A stretch of DNA of 64,000 bases from Pirellulales bacterium (lineage in GTDB: Bacteria > Planctomycetota > Planctomycetia > Pirellulales > JAICIG01). Position 1 is the stretch's first letter. Each line of letters starts with the position of its first letter. This document shows, piece after piece, positions 11,032 through 20,079 of this stretch. The DNA is taken from contig JBBDYJ010000001.1 of the NCBI GenBank assembly GCA_040901675.1, positions 139,618-203,617 of the forward strand. Direction: 5' to 3'. The notes under the pieces were generated by a model that saw nothing but the letters and a program-made list of their open reading frames with translations, was not told where the DNA came from and ran no database searches. The position numbers and the translations under genes were made by a program.

Positions 11032-11190
11032 GGAGCGGCTGGACGCCGGCCAGAACCCGATCCACGCGATCAGTTGCGTCCACGACGCGGCCAGCCAGTT
11101 GACCAGCGTGTCGGATGCCTACTCCTCGTACGCTTTCGGTTATAATGCGGCGGGGTGGCTGACCAGCGAGACAACAGCGGGACGCCGGGG
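11032..11190 (+). pseudogene. Rhs fragment (relic) homologous to 8332-8490, with a 1-nt deletion
   Basis: 11041-11160 vs 8341-8460: 105/120 identical by hand count; AGCGAAGACAAC becomes AGCGAGACAAC near 11169. Confidence 0.9.
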
Positions 11191-11329
11191 GCTAACCGCA
11201 CAGGCGGAGGTCCGGCTGCGAGCCGGGCTCCGTCCCGCTCTTGCTCGATTCTTCGGCCTCAACCGGCTATGCTGCACTGGATACTGACCGGGCTATCGGC
11301 CCGCCAAAAGAAAGACGCTCTCAAAATTT

Positions 11330-12379
11330 ATGTTCCTGTCGCCGCGCATTGGACTCAAGGAGCTGGCCCAGGTCTGCCGGCGGATGGCGACGGGGCTGGA
11401 AGCGGGCATCGACCTGCGGCGGATCTGGGAGCGCGAAGCCTCCAACCGCTCCGGCCAGGCCTTGCGGCAGCGGATGCACGAGATCAGCGAGAAGCTGGGC
11501 CGGGGCTCCAGCGTCAGCGATGCCCTGGCCGACACCGGCAAGTACTTCCCCACGCTGTTCCGCGAGCTGGTTCACGTCGGGGAAGAAACCGGCAAGTTGC
11601 CGGACGTGCTGCGCCACCTGGCCGAGCACTACGAGCACCAGCTCAAGCTGCGGCGAGTGTTCCGCGCCGCCATCGCCTGGCCCATGATCCAACTCGCGGC
11701 GGCCGTCACCATCATCGGCCTTTTGATTTGGATCATGGGTTTTCTGCCGCCGATGGAGGGTGGCAAGCCGATCGACATCCTCGGCTTCGGACTGGTCGGC
11801 ACCGAAGGCCTGCTGATCTATCTGCTGCTGGTCGCCTGCGCCGCGGCGGCCTGCGCGGCGGTGGTCTCGGCCTTGAAGCGGGGCGTCGCCTGGACGCGGC
11901 CGATCCAACGCGCCCTCATTAAGCTGCCCGGCGTGGGAGGCCCGGTTCAGACGCTGGCCCTGGCCCGGCTGGCCTGGTCGCTGCACCTGACCGGCGAGAC
12001 GGGCATGAGCCTGCTGCGGGCCCTCCCCTTGTCGCTGCGCAGCACGCACAACGCCCATTACACCGACCACACCGATGACATTCTGCGCTCGGTGCGCTCA
12101 GGCAACGAGATCAGCGAGGCCCTGGCCGAGACCGGCGCCTTCCCCCGCGATTTTCTCGATACGCTCGAAGTCGGCGAGCAGAGCGGCCGGCTGCCCGAGA
12201 CGATGGCTCACTTGTCGGCCCAATACCAGGAGCAGGCCCAGCGGGCGCTGGGCGTGCTGACGGTGCTGCTCGGTTTTGCCGTCTGGGGCGTGGTGGCTCT
12301 GATCCTCATCCTGCTCATTCTCCGCGTGGCCATGTTCTACGTGAACATCATCACCAACGCCGCCAGCGGAAACTTTTGA
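11330..12379 (+). CDS. Type II secretion/type IV pilus inner-membrane platform protein (GspF/PilC family)
   Basis: Two T2SSF-like repeats (VGEETGKLPDVL; VGEQSGRLPETM), each followed by TM segments. Confidence 0.9.
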   Translation: MFLSPRIGLKELAQVCRRMATGLEAGIDLRRIWEREASNRSGQALRQRMHEISEKLGRGSSVSDALADTGKYFPTLFRELVHVGEETGKLPDVLRHLAEHYEHQLKLRRVFRAAIAWPMIQLAAAVTIIGLLIWIMGFLPPMEGGKPIDILGFGLVGTEGLLIYLLLVACAAAACAAVVSALKRGVAWTRPIQRALIKLPGVGGPVQTLALARLAWSLHLTGETGMSLLRALPLSLRSTHNAHYTDHTDDILRSVRSGNEISEALAETGAFPRDFLDTLEVGEQSGRLPETMAHLSAQYQEQAQRALGVLTVLLGFAVWGVVALILILLILRVAMFYVNIITNAASGNF

Positions 12380-12495
12380 AGCGGAAAGAGGGCCGGCGAA
12401 GAGGGGAGAACCAAGGGACACCCCGGAGTTCCAGCCATCCCTGCCGCGTACAATTCATTGGAATCATGGCGAAACGCTAATTGGAAGCAACTCGA

Positions 12496-13674
12496 ATGCC
12501 CAGCTCATACATCATCGCCGGATGCCGCACGCCAATCGGCAAGTTCCTGGGGGGCCTCGCCGGCGTGAGCGCGCCGCGGCTGGGCTCGGTGGCCATTGCC
12601 GAGGCGCTGCGCCGCGCCGAAATACCGGCCGGCCAGGTCGACGAAGTGATCATGGGCAACATCCTCACGGCCGGCCTGGGGCAGGCGCCCGCGCGCCAGG
12701 CGGCCCTGGGGGCAGGCCTGCCGGCCAGCGTGGCGGCGCTGACGATCAACAAGATGTGCGGTTCCGGGCTCAAGGCCGTCATGCTGGCCGACCAGGTGAT
12801 TCGCTCCGGCGACGCCCGCCTGATCGTGGCCGGCGGCATGGAGAACATGAGCCGGGCGCCGCACCTGATCATGGGTGCCCGCGAGGGCTGGAAGTTCGGT
12901 CCGCAGACCGTGCTCGACTCGATGGTCCACGACGGCCTGTGGTGCGCCTTCGAGAATGCGGCCATGGGCGCCCAGGCCGACTACATTGCCGCCAGCCGCG
13001 GCGTCAGCCGGGCCGACCAGGATGCGTTTGCCGCCGAGAGCCACCGCCGCTCGGCCGCCGCGATTGCCGAGGGCCGCTTTGCCCGTGAGATCATCGGCGT
13101 CCCCATCCGCTCGCGCGGCCAGGAGACATTGGTCGATCGGGACGAAGGGCCGCGGCCCGACACCACGCCGGAAAAACTGGCCTCGTTGAAGCCGGCCTTC
13201 GGCCCCGAGGGGACGGTCACGGCCGGCAACGCCTCGCAGCTCAGCGACGGCGCCGCGGCGGTCGTAGTGGTCGACGAGGGCCTGGCCCGCGCTACCCACT
13301 CGGGTATCAAGTTCCGCATCGTGGCCTCGGCCACCAGCGGCGTCGAGCCCAAGGAGCTGTTCATCGCACCGGTCAGCGCCGTGGAGCGCGTGTTGGCCAA
13401 AGCCGGGCTGCAGCTCAAAGACATCGACCTGGTCGAGTTGAACGAGGCCTTTGCCGCGCAGTGCCTGGCCTGCGCCCGCCCGTTGGAACTGGATCCGAAT
13501 CGCACCAACATTCACGGGGGCGCGATTGCCTTGGGGCATCCCATCGGCGCCAGCGGCGCCCGCGTGCTCGTCACGCTGTTGTACGCGATGGCCGAGAGGA
13601 AGCTTCATCGCGGCCTGGCCGCGCTCTGCCTCGGCGGCGGCAACGCCGTGGCCATGATCGTCGAGCGCGAATGA
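12496..13674 (+). CDS. Acetyl-CoA C-acetyltransferase (thiolase)
   Basis: INKMCGSGLKAV, TAGNASQLSDGAAA, ELNEAFA, GGAIALGHPIGASG, LCLGGG. Confidence 0.96.
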   Translation: MPSSYIIAGCRTPIGKFLGGLAGVSAPRLGSVAIAEALRRAEIPAGQVDEVIMGNILTAGLGQAPARQAALGAGLPASVAALTINKMCGSGLKAVMLADQVIRSGDARLIVAGGMENMSRAPHLIMGAREGWKFGPQTVLDSMVHDGLWCAFENAAMGAQADYIAASRGVSRADQDAFAAESHRRSAAAIAEGRFAREIIGVPIRSRGQETLVDRDEGPRPDTTPEKLASLKPAFGPEGTVTAGNASQLSDGAAAVVVVDEGLARATHSGIKFRIVASATSGVEPKELFIAPVSAVERVLAKAGLQLKDIDLVELNEAFAAQCLACARPLELDPNRTNIHGGAIALGHPIGASGARVLVTLLYAMAERKLHRGLAALCLGGGNAVAMIVERE

Positions 13675-13883
13675 AGGGAAGGCAGAAGGCAGAAGGACGA
13701 AAACCGTGCCACTGCTTGTCCGCCTTTGGCGGACCGGCGTGCCGGGGTCCGATTGAGCAGTGCTCCACAGGCTGAAGGCAGCCGAGACGAAGTTGCGCGG
13801 GGCGACCCTTCGTTTCCGGCCTGAAGGCAACGCGACGGTCAAATGTTTCGGCGGCTCGATCAATGCTGGCGCGCAGAGCTGGA

Positions 13884-14255
13884 TTAAGCTATACCTCGCG
13901 TTAAGACTTGGAAAGGAACATACTGGTCCGGCGCGTCGTAGGCGCGCTGCAGTTCGGCCAACCAAGACTGTTGGAGCGCTTTCGGATTGCGGACCACGCG
14001 GAGCTTGCCCTTCGAGCGCTGATCAACCTCGGCGGCCAGGAGCGAGACCTGCTCATCGCCCGCCCGGCGGCGTACAAGGTGCAGCTCACCATCGAGTGCC
14101 AAGTCGATACGTGCTCGCATAAGGGGAGCAAGCAGTTTTTGCCAGGGTTCTTTCGTTTCTTTGACGTTGAGCAGGAGCCGCCCGGCGCGCTCGGCTGCTT
14201 CAATGGTGGCGACAGAGCGGTTGTGCGGGTCACGAATCGTGGCGACAACGCGCAT
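13884..14255 (-). CDS. Hypothetical protein
   Basis: MRVVATIRDPH... preceded by a GAGGG RBS-like motif; plausible composition, no recognised family. Confidence 0.5.
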   Translation of the reverse strand: MRVVATIRDPHNRSVATIEAAERAGRLLLNVKETKEPWQKLLAPLMRARIDLALDGELHLVRRRAGDEQVSLLAAEVDQRSKGKLRVVRNPKALQQSWLAELQRAYDAPDQYVPFQVLTRGIA

Positions 14256-14572
14256 GGCTTTGCCCTCTTTGCCTGGGTCGGTGGCCCCACCAGTTCGCAC
14301 GCTATGACCTTCACTATCACCGTAGCTTAGACCCCGTCAATGGTGGTGTTCTCCCCCTGGGCGGGTGCAGGCGGGAAATCGCGTCAAGCGCCGGCTGCCA
14401 TTGCTGGCCTGCCCAGCAGTGTTTGGCATTTTCGCTGCCGATCTCGACGGTTCGGAGCAGGTCGGTGCGGGGTACGCCGAGAAATCGACCGCCGGGTCTC
14501 TGGCCCAGTCGTGCCAGCGAGGATTAGAATGCCGGACTCTCGACCACCCCCGAGCCACTCCGGATCGCCGGT

Positions 14573-15883
14573 ATGACGACAAAACGCATCTCCGGCGTCG
14601 GCGCTGTTTTGGTGGCTGCGTGGTCGCTGGCATTGATGGGACCAGAGGACGCCTTCGGCCAGCCGGCGGCACAGGAAGCCGGCCGGCCGGGCGTGGCACT
14701 GGTCCGGGCCGCAAGGCAAGGCGATTTGCCCGAAGTTGCCCGCATCCTCGAGAAATATCCCGGCGCGGTCAATGCGCGGCCGCGGACCGGATCGAAGGGC
14801 CTCGAATCGCACTACGATCAGCGAACCGCATTGCACTGGGCCGCGGACCGCGATGACCAGGAAATGGTCCAGCTCCTGATCGCAAAAAAGGCCGACGTAA
14901 ATCGGCCGGATGCCGCGCTCCAGCGGCCGCTGCACCTGGTGACGAGCGCAGCCGTGGCCACGCTATTGATCGAGGCGGGAGCCGTTGTGGACGCCAAGGA
15001 TCAATCGGGAAGGCGGCCGCTCCACGCGGCGCGGTCCGCCGAAATCGCCGGCCTGCTCATCGAGCACGGTGCCGCGATCGACGCCAAGGCGGGCACGAGC
15101 GAAAAGACCCCTTTGCACTTTGCCGCCGAGGCAGACCGCCTCGACGTGGCAACGCTGCTGATCGAGAAAGGGGCCAATGTCCACGCGCGGGACAGTAGCC
15201 AAAGAACGCCGCTCCATGACGCCTGCCGCAACGGCAACCTGGGCCTGGCGGCCATGCTGATCGATCGCGGCGCCGATATCGGCGCGATGGACGGCGAAGG
15301 GGCCACGCCTCTTTGGGTGGCTGTGGGAGGCGATACGCTGGGCAATCCGGTCGAAAAAGAGCATGCCCGGATCGTGAGGCTGCTGGTCGAACACGGAGCG
15401 TCGCTGGACGCCACGAGCGAGTCCGGCGAGACACTCCTGCACCTGGCCGCCCGCCATGGCCGCGTCGAGGTCGCGAGGTTTCTGATCGAATCAGGCCTGG
15501 ACGTCAATGCGGCCACCCAGAGTGGATTGACGCCGCTGCACTACGCCGCAGAAATGCCCGACGGAGGATGGCGCTTTGCCGGCGACGGATCGCGCGAGCT
15601 TGCCCTGGTCGAGCTGCTGATCGAGGCGGGTGCGGACGTCAACGCCGTGGCGACGGTGACGAAGGCCCGGGCTGTGAAGAGGGGGATTGCGGTCTCCACG
15701 GTTCCAGTGGAAACAAAGGTCACTCCACTCAGGTATGCAACGGCGCTGGTCGAAATGCCGATAGTGCAGTTGTCCGGGCTCCCCGGCGAATCCGAAGAAA
15801 TGGAGCGGAACGTCGAGACGACCAATCGGACCAAAAAGGCGATCGCCCGCGTCCTGCGGAAGCACGGCGGAAAGCTGCCGTGA
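14573..15883 (+). CDS. Secreted ankyrin-repeat protein
   Basis: N-terminal hydrophobic signal; repeated TPLH.AA...V..LLIE.GA.V.A units. Confidence 0.93.
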   Translation: MTTKRISGVGAVLVAAWSLALMGPEDAFGQPAAQEAGRPGVALVRAARQGDLPEVARILEKYPGAVNARPRTGSKGLESHYDQRTALHWAADRDDQEMVQLLIAKKADVNRPDAALQRPLHLVTSAAVATLLIEAGAVVDAKDQSGRRPLHAARSAEIAGLLIEHGAAIDAKAGTSEKTPLHFAAEADRLDVATLLIEKGANVHARDSSQRTPLHDACRNGNLGLAAMLIDRGADIGAMDGEGATPLWVAVGGDTLGNPVEKEHARIVRLLVEHGASLDATSESGETLLHLAARHGRVEVARFLIESGLDVNAATQSGLTPLHYAAEMPDGGWRFAGDGSRELALVELLIEAGADVNAVATVTKARAVKRGIAVSTVPVETKVTPLRYATALVEMPIVQLSGLPGESEEMERNVETTNRTKKAIARVLRKHGGKLP

Positions 15884-15891
15884 CTCGAGAA

Positions 15892-15933
15892 CTGGCGCAT
15901 CCCGGCGCGCCGGGACTTTGCCGCCAGCCAGCC
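15892..15933. repeat. REP-like palindrome (CTGG.GCA...TTTGCCGCCAGCCA family)
   Basis: Between convergent genes; shares ends with copies at 18085, 18185, 18285 and 21705; internal hairpin CCCGGC-GC-GCCGGG. Confidence 0.6.
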
Positions 15934-15982
15934 GCCAAGGGCATGGAACGAAGCGGCCTGGCCTGCCGGAGGCACGGGCGAA

Positions 15983-17857
15983 CTAGTTAGCCGCTTCGTC
16001 TGCCTGCTGCCGCAATTCCGCAATGAGTGTCTGCAACACGTCCGCGGGGATAGCCAGCGTTCTCGTCGTATCCGCGCGGGCGATATTCAGACCGACTACC
16101 CGTCCGGCCAAATCGACCACCGGGCCGCCGCACTGCTCGGGACGCAAGCAACCGTCGTGCGCAAACACGATCGGGAATCCTTCGCGACGCAGGCTCCTGG
16201 GATTGGAGTGCCAGTCTAGCGCGCCTTCGTTCCCCGAATGGATTTTGGGAATCCGAATCGTCAGTTTCTCGAATCCCCGGCGAATGCCGATGCTGACCCA
16301 ATCGCCGGCGAACGAGCCCGGCGCCGGAGCATTGTAGTCCACCTCCTCCCCGTCCGCGCAAGCGGCATACAGCAGGCGGTCCATCGCATTGCCGAATTCC
16401 TTGATGGTCGGCGTCTCGATGCCATTCAGGTGCGTAACCACGTCTCCTGGCTGGAACAACTCTCTGTAGGCGTCGAATTCGGCGTTCGCCCAGCCGGCTT
16501 TTTTCACGATGGGCGCTCCCGCCTCGCCGGGTTCGACACTGAGCGGGATTTGCGGGATGTCATTTGGTCTGGCTGGCTCAGCGCATTCGTTGGCGCTCAC
16601 GACGGCGAATTGGAGCGGTCCGGCAGACCGCCCAAGCGGCGAGGAAACGATCGTCCCGACGGCGGGGCGGTTCGCGGACCACGGCGCAACTGGCAAATTC
16701 TGCACATCCACTTTCATCAGCGCCAAGTCGTGCTCCGCCGACGTGGCGACGACTTGTCCTTTGACGATGGCCTCGTCCACGACGTAGAACAGGCGACAGG
16801 ACCATTCTCGGCGGCTGCCGAGCAGCGACGCTTTCGTAACCGCCAATCCATTGGCATCGACAATCAGGCCGGCGGCGATTTCGTGTGGTCCATCCATGAT
16901 TCGGATCATGCTGTTGCCGACCTGCAAGACTTGATCCTCCAGATCGGCCGCGGGGATAAACGCCGCTGGTTGAGCAGGGCGAGCCCTCGAGGCCCGGATC
17001 ACCTTCTTCGCGGCGGCGGAAACGAGTTCTCCTGACTCCAGTCGTTCGCGAAACTCCTTGAACGGAGACAGCGACTGATAACGTGCCGGCCCAACACTAT
17101 CTCCACCGCTGGCGATTCCCACAATCCGCCCGGCGAGATCAAACAGCGGTCCGCCCGAGTCGCCGACACCGATGGCGGTTGTCGTTTCCAGCCAGGGCAA
17201 GCCGGAGAAGCTGGGGGTGACGCGGCCGACCCTGAGCAGCGGGGGGCTGCCTGGACGAAGTGTTGAGGGGTACCCAATTGCCAGGCACGCTTGACCTTCG
17301 ACCGATAGTTCACCGTCATCGACCGTTGCCGCCGGCCATTCGCCGGGCTCGGTAATCCTGGCGAGTCCGAGGTCGGGGCCAAAGTGCATCGGCCGCGGAT
17401 CGTTGCGGCGGAAACGCCCCAATAAACTTCCCGCCACTCGCTTCCCGTCCGCCAGTTCGACCGTCACGCTGGTTCCCGGAGCCATGCCATGGTGCGAACA
17501 TGTGAGGATCAAACCCGAGGTGTCGACGAGCACGCCGCTATAGCAGCCCCGGAGTGGAAGCCCGTGCCCATCAAACGCCGCGCCATGTTCGTCTTGTGGC
17601 CAGAGGCGGACGACGCTGGGAGCGAGCTTGGCATACGCTTTCTTGATATCGGCTTCGAACTCCAAAGCCTTATCGGCGGAAAGGACACGAACAGGATCGA
17701 TGACATTGATGCTGAGCTTGGTCTCACCGACGCCAGGCAGTTCATCTCCGGCTGCTCCACCGCCGAAACAGAGTGCGGCAGTCACGGAGAGTCCGGCAAT
17801 CGGGACCCATGTTGCCCAATTCAATCGATGCCGACGGCGCGTGTTCACGCTAGTCAT
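15983..17857 (-). CDS. Trypsin-like serine protease with second degenerate protease domain and PDZ-like insert
   Basis: Domain 1 triad: TCSHH, DLGL, GDSGGP. Domain 2: TKASL, HDLAL, QCGGP. PDZ-like FQPGDVVTHLNG. Confidence 0.88.
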   Translation of the reverse strand: MTSVNTRRRHRLNWATWVPIAGLSVTAALCFGGGAAGDELPGVGETKLSINVIDPVRVLSADKALEFEADIKKAYAKLAPSVVRLWPQDEHGAAFDGHGLPLRGCYSGVLVDTSGLILTCSHHGMAPGTSVTVELADGKRVAGSLLGRFRRNDPRPMHFGPDLGLARITEPGEWPAATVDDGELSVEGQACLAIGYPSTLRPGSPPLLRVGRVTPSFSGLPWLETTTAIGVGDSGGPLFDLAGRIVGIASGGDSVGPARYQSLSPFKEFRERLESGELVSAAAKKVIRASRARPAQPAAFIPAADLEDQVLQVGNSMIRIMDGPHEIAAGLIVDANGLAVTKASLLGSRREWSCRLFYVVDEAIVKGQVVATSAEHDLALMKVDVQNLPVAPWSANRPAVGTIVSSPLGRSAGPLQFAVVSANECAEPARPNDIPQIPLSVEPGEAGAPIVKKAGWANAEFDAYRELFQPGDVVTHLNGIETPTIKEFGNAMDRLLYAACADGEEVDYNAPAPGSFAGDWVSIGIRRGFEKLTIRIPKIHSGNEGALDWHSNPRSLRREGFPIVFAHDGCLRPEQCGGPVVDLAGRVVGLNIARADTTRTLAIPADVLQTLIAELRQQADEAAN

Positions 17858-18031
17858 TCTACCAGATGGCAGTGGCCAAAGCCCATCAATGGGCAGAGGC
17901 TCGAAGGACCGTTAGGTATTGCTCGGCAAGTCCTTCGGCGTGCCCCTGTCGGACTGAAACGGCCGGGCCAAATCGGTCGATCGATGGAAGCCATCGTCCA
18001 TAGCGCTGCCGACTTTGAGAATGACCTCTCG

Positions 18032-18080
18032 GACCTCTGACTTCTGACCTCTGACCTCTGACCTCTGACTTCTGACCTCT
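18032..18080. repeat. Heptamer tandem array GAC(C/T)TCT x7
   Basis: Direct reading. Confidence 0.95.
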
Positions 18081-18084
18081 GGTC

Positions 18085-18319
18085 CTGGGGCACGCTGACG
18101 CTTTGCCGCCAGCCACCCGGATGAACGACAAGGGGACATAGGGACAAGGCGACAAGGGGAACGCGGCGGGATACGAAACGAGGACTGGGGCACGCTACCG
18201 CTTTGCCGCCAGCCAGCCGGATGAATGACAAGGGGACCAGGGGACAAGGCGACAAGGGGAACGCGGGGGGATACGAAACGAAGACTGGGGCACGCTAACG
18301 CTTTGCCACCAGCCACCCA
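18085..18319. repeat. 100-bp tandem repeat (about 2.3 copies), each a REP-like palindrome plus GACAAGG-rich sub-repeats
   Basis: CTGGGGCACGCT..CGCTTTGCC.CCAGCCA starts at 18085, 18185 and 18285; intervening sequences are near-identical. Confidence 0.93.
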
Positions 18320-18375
18320 CGCCCCACCGGCCACACGGCCAGAACTCTGGCGAGTTCTGCTACGTTCCTTACGAA

Positions 18376-19236
18376 CTACGAAGCGCGGGTGAGGCGCCCG
18401 AATCGCTCGATCAGGTCGCGGGTGATGGGGCCGGGCTTGCCGGCGCCGATGGTGCGGCTGTCGACCTTGACCACGGGAATCACCTCGGCCGCCGTGCCGG
18501 TCAAAAAGCACTCGTCCGCTATGTAGACGTCGTGCTTGCTCAGCGGGATCTCGCGGACCTCCAGCTTCGCCTGGCCGGCTAGCTCGATCACCGCCTGCCG
18601 CGTCACCCCTTCCAGAATCCCAGCGTCGATCGGCGGCGTTAACAGCACGCCGTCGCGCACAAGAAAAATATTGTCGCCCGTGCACTCGGCCACCTCGCCC
18701 TTGACGTTCAGCATCAAGGCCTCGATGCAGCCGGCCTGCAAGCCTTCGATCTTGGCCAGGATGTTGTTCAGGTAATTCAGCGACTTGATCCGCGGGCTCA
18801 AGGCCGCCGGGTGGTTGCGCATCGTGCTGACGGTGATGATCTCCAGGCCGCGCTCGTACAGCTCGCGCGGATAGAGCGAGATGTGGTCGGTGATGATGAT
18901 CACCTGCGGGTCGCTGGTCCGGTTCGGGTCGAGCCCCAGTGTGCCCGCCCCGCGCGTCACGATCAGCCGGATGTAGCCATCGGCGATCTGGTTGGCGGCC
19001 AGCGTGTCGTGGATCGCCTTGGCCAGGGCCTCGCGGGCGATCGGGATCGTGAGCCAGATGGCCTTGGCCGAATGCCAGAGGCGGTCGAGATGCTGCTCCA
19101 GGCGGAAGACGCGGCCGCCGTAGCTGCGGATGCCCTCGAACACGCCGTCGCCGTACAACAGGCCGTGATCGTAGACGCTGATCTTGGCGTCTTCCTTGTC
19201 GTACAGCTTGCCGGCGATGTAGACCTTAAACGACAT
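18376..19236 (-). CDS. ilvE: Branched-chain amino acid aminotransferase (class IV)
   Basis: DHGLLYGDGVFEGIR, RIKSLNYLNN, VAECTGDNIF, ILEGVTR, FLTGTAAEV. Confidence 0.96.
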   Translation of the reverse strand: MSFKVYIAGKLYDKEDAKISVYDHGLLYGDGVFEGIRSYGGRVFRLEQHLDRLWHSAKAIWLTIPIAREALAKAIHDTLAANQIADGYIRLIVTRGAGTLGLDPNRTSDPQVIIITDHISLYPRELYERGLEIITVSTMRNHPAALSPRIKSLNYLNNILAKIEGLQAGCIEALMLNVKGEVAECTGDNIFLVRDGVLLTPPIDAGILEGVTRQAVIELAGQAKLEVREIPLSKHDVYIADECFLTGTAAEVIPVVKVDSRTIGAGKPGPITRDLIERFGRLTRAS

Positions 19237-19278
19237 GGGTTCGACCGATGAGCTTGACCGAGAAAAATCGTCTCCGGC

Positions 19279-20079
19279 CTAGGCGCTGTGAACCTGCCCT
19301 TCGACGAGCCGCACCACCCGGTCGGCCTGCTGGGCCAGCGCCGGATCGTGCGTCACCATGACTATAGTGAGATTCTGCTGGCGGTTCAAGTTGCGCAGCA
19401 GCCGCATGATCTCGTCGCCGGTGGCACGATCCAGATTGCCGGTCGGTTCGTCGGCCAAGAGCACGCTCGGTCCGGCGATCAGCGCCCGGGCGATGGCCGC
19501 CCGCTGCATCTCGCCGCCCGACATTTCCCGCGGCTTGTGCTTGAGCCGGTGGCCCAGGCCGGCCGTCTCCAGCAGCGCCTTGGCGGCCGCCACGTGCTCG
19601 CCGCGGCGGCGGCGGTAGCTCCAGACTCCTTCGGCGATCATCAGCGGCGTCAGGACGTTTTCCAGCGCGGTCAGCTCCGGCAGCAGGTGATAGAACTGGA
19701 AGATCATGCCGAAACGGCGATTGCGCAGGGCATCGCGGCGGGCGCCGGCCAGGTTGTCGATCCGCTGGCCCTCGAAGCGGACCTGCCCGGCATCCGGAGC
19801 GTCGAGCGTGCCCAGCACGTGCAACAGCGTGCTCTTGCCCGACCCGCTCTGGCCGACAATCGCCAGCAGCTCTCCCCGGCGGACCGCCAGATCGACGCCG
19901 CGCAGCACGGGAATCGCCACCTGCCCCTTGCGGTAGCTCTTTTCCAAGCCGATCGATTCCAATTGCGCGCCCGGCTTTCCGGCCGCGGTGGCGGCGGCTG
20001 GGGCGTGCGGCCCCGCAGCGGCTCCCTGGGACGGACGCCGGCGGAGCGCCTGGGCCGACTCGACAACGGGCTTACTCAT
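19279..20079 (-). CDS. lolD: Lipoprotein-releasing ABC transporter ATPase (LolD-like)
   Basis: Walker A GQSGSGKST, MSGGEMQR, ADEPTGNLD, VTHD; coupled to the upstream permease. Confidence 0.85.
   Translation of the reverse strand: MSKPVVESAQALRRRPSQGAAAGPHAPAAATAAGKPGAQLESIGLEKSYRKGQVAIPVLRGVDLAVRRGELLAIVGQSGSGKSTLLHVLGTLDAPDAGQVRFEGQRIDNLAGARRDALRNRRFGMIFQFYHLLPELTALENVLTPLMIAEGVWSYRRRRGEHVAAAKALLETAGLGHRLKHKPREMSGGEMQRAAIARALIAGPSVLLADEPTGNLDRATGDEIMRLLRNLNRQQNLTIVMVTHDPALAQQADRVVRLVEGQVHSA

Noticed and set aside
17854..18255. ORFs containing QRSEVRG repeats
   Set aside because: Translations of the intergenic heptamer/REP mosaic.
18085..18319. Possible CRISPR array
   Set aside because: The would-be spacers are near-identical, the period is 100 bp, and there are no cas genes.
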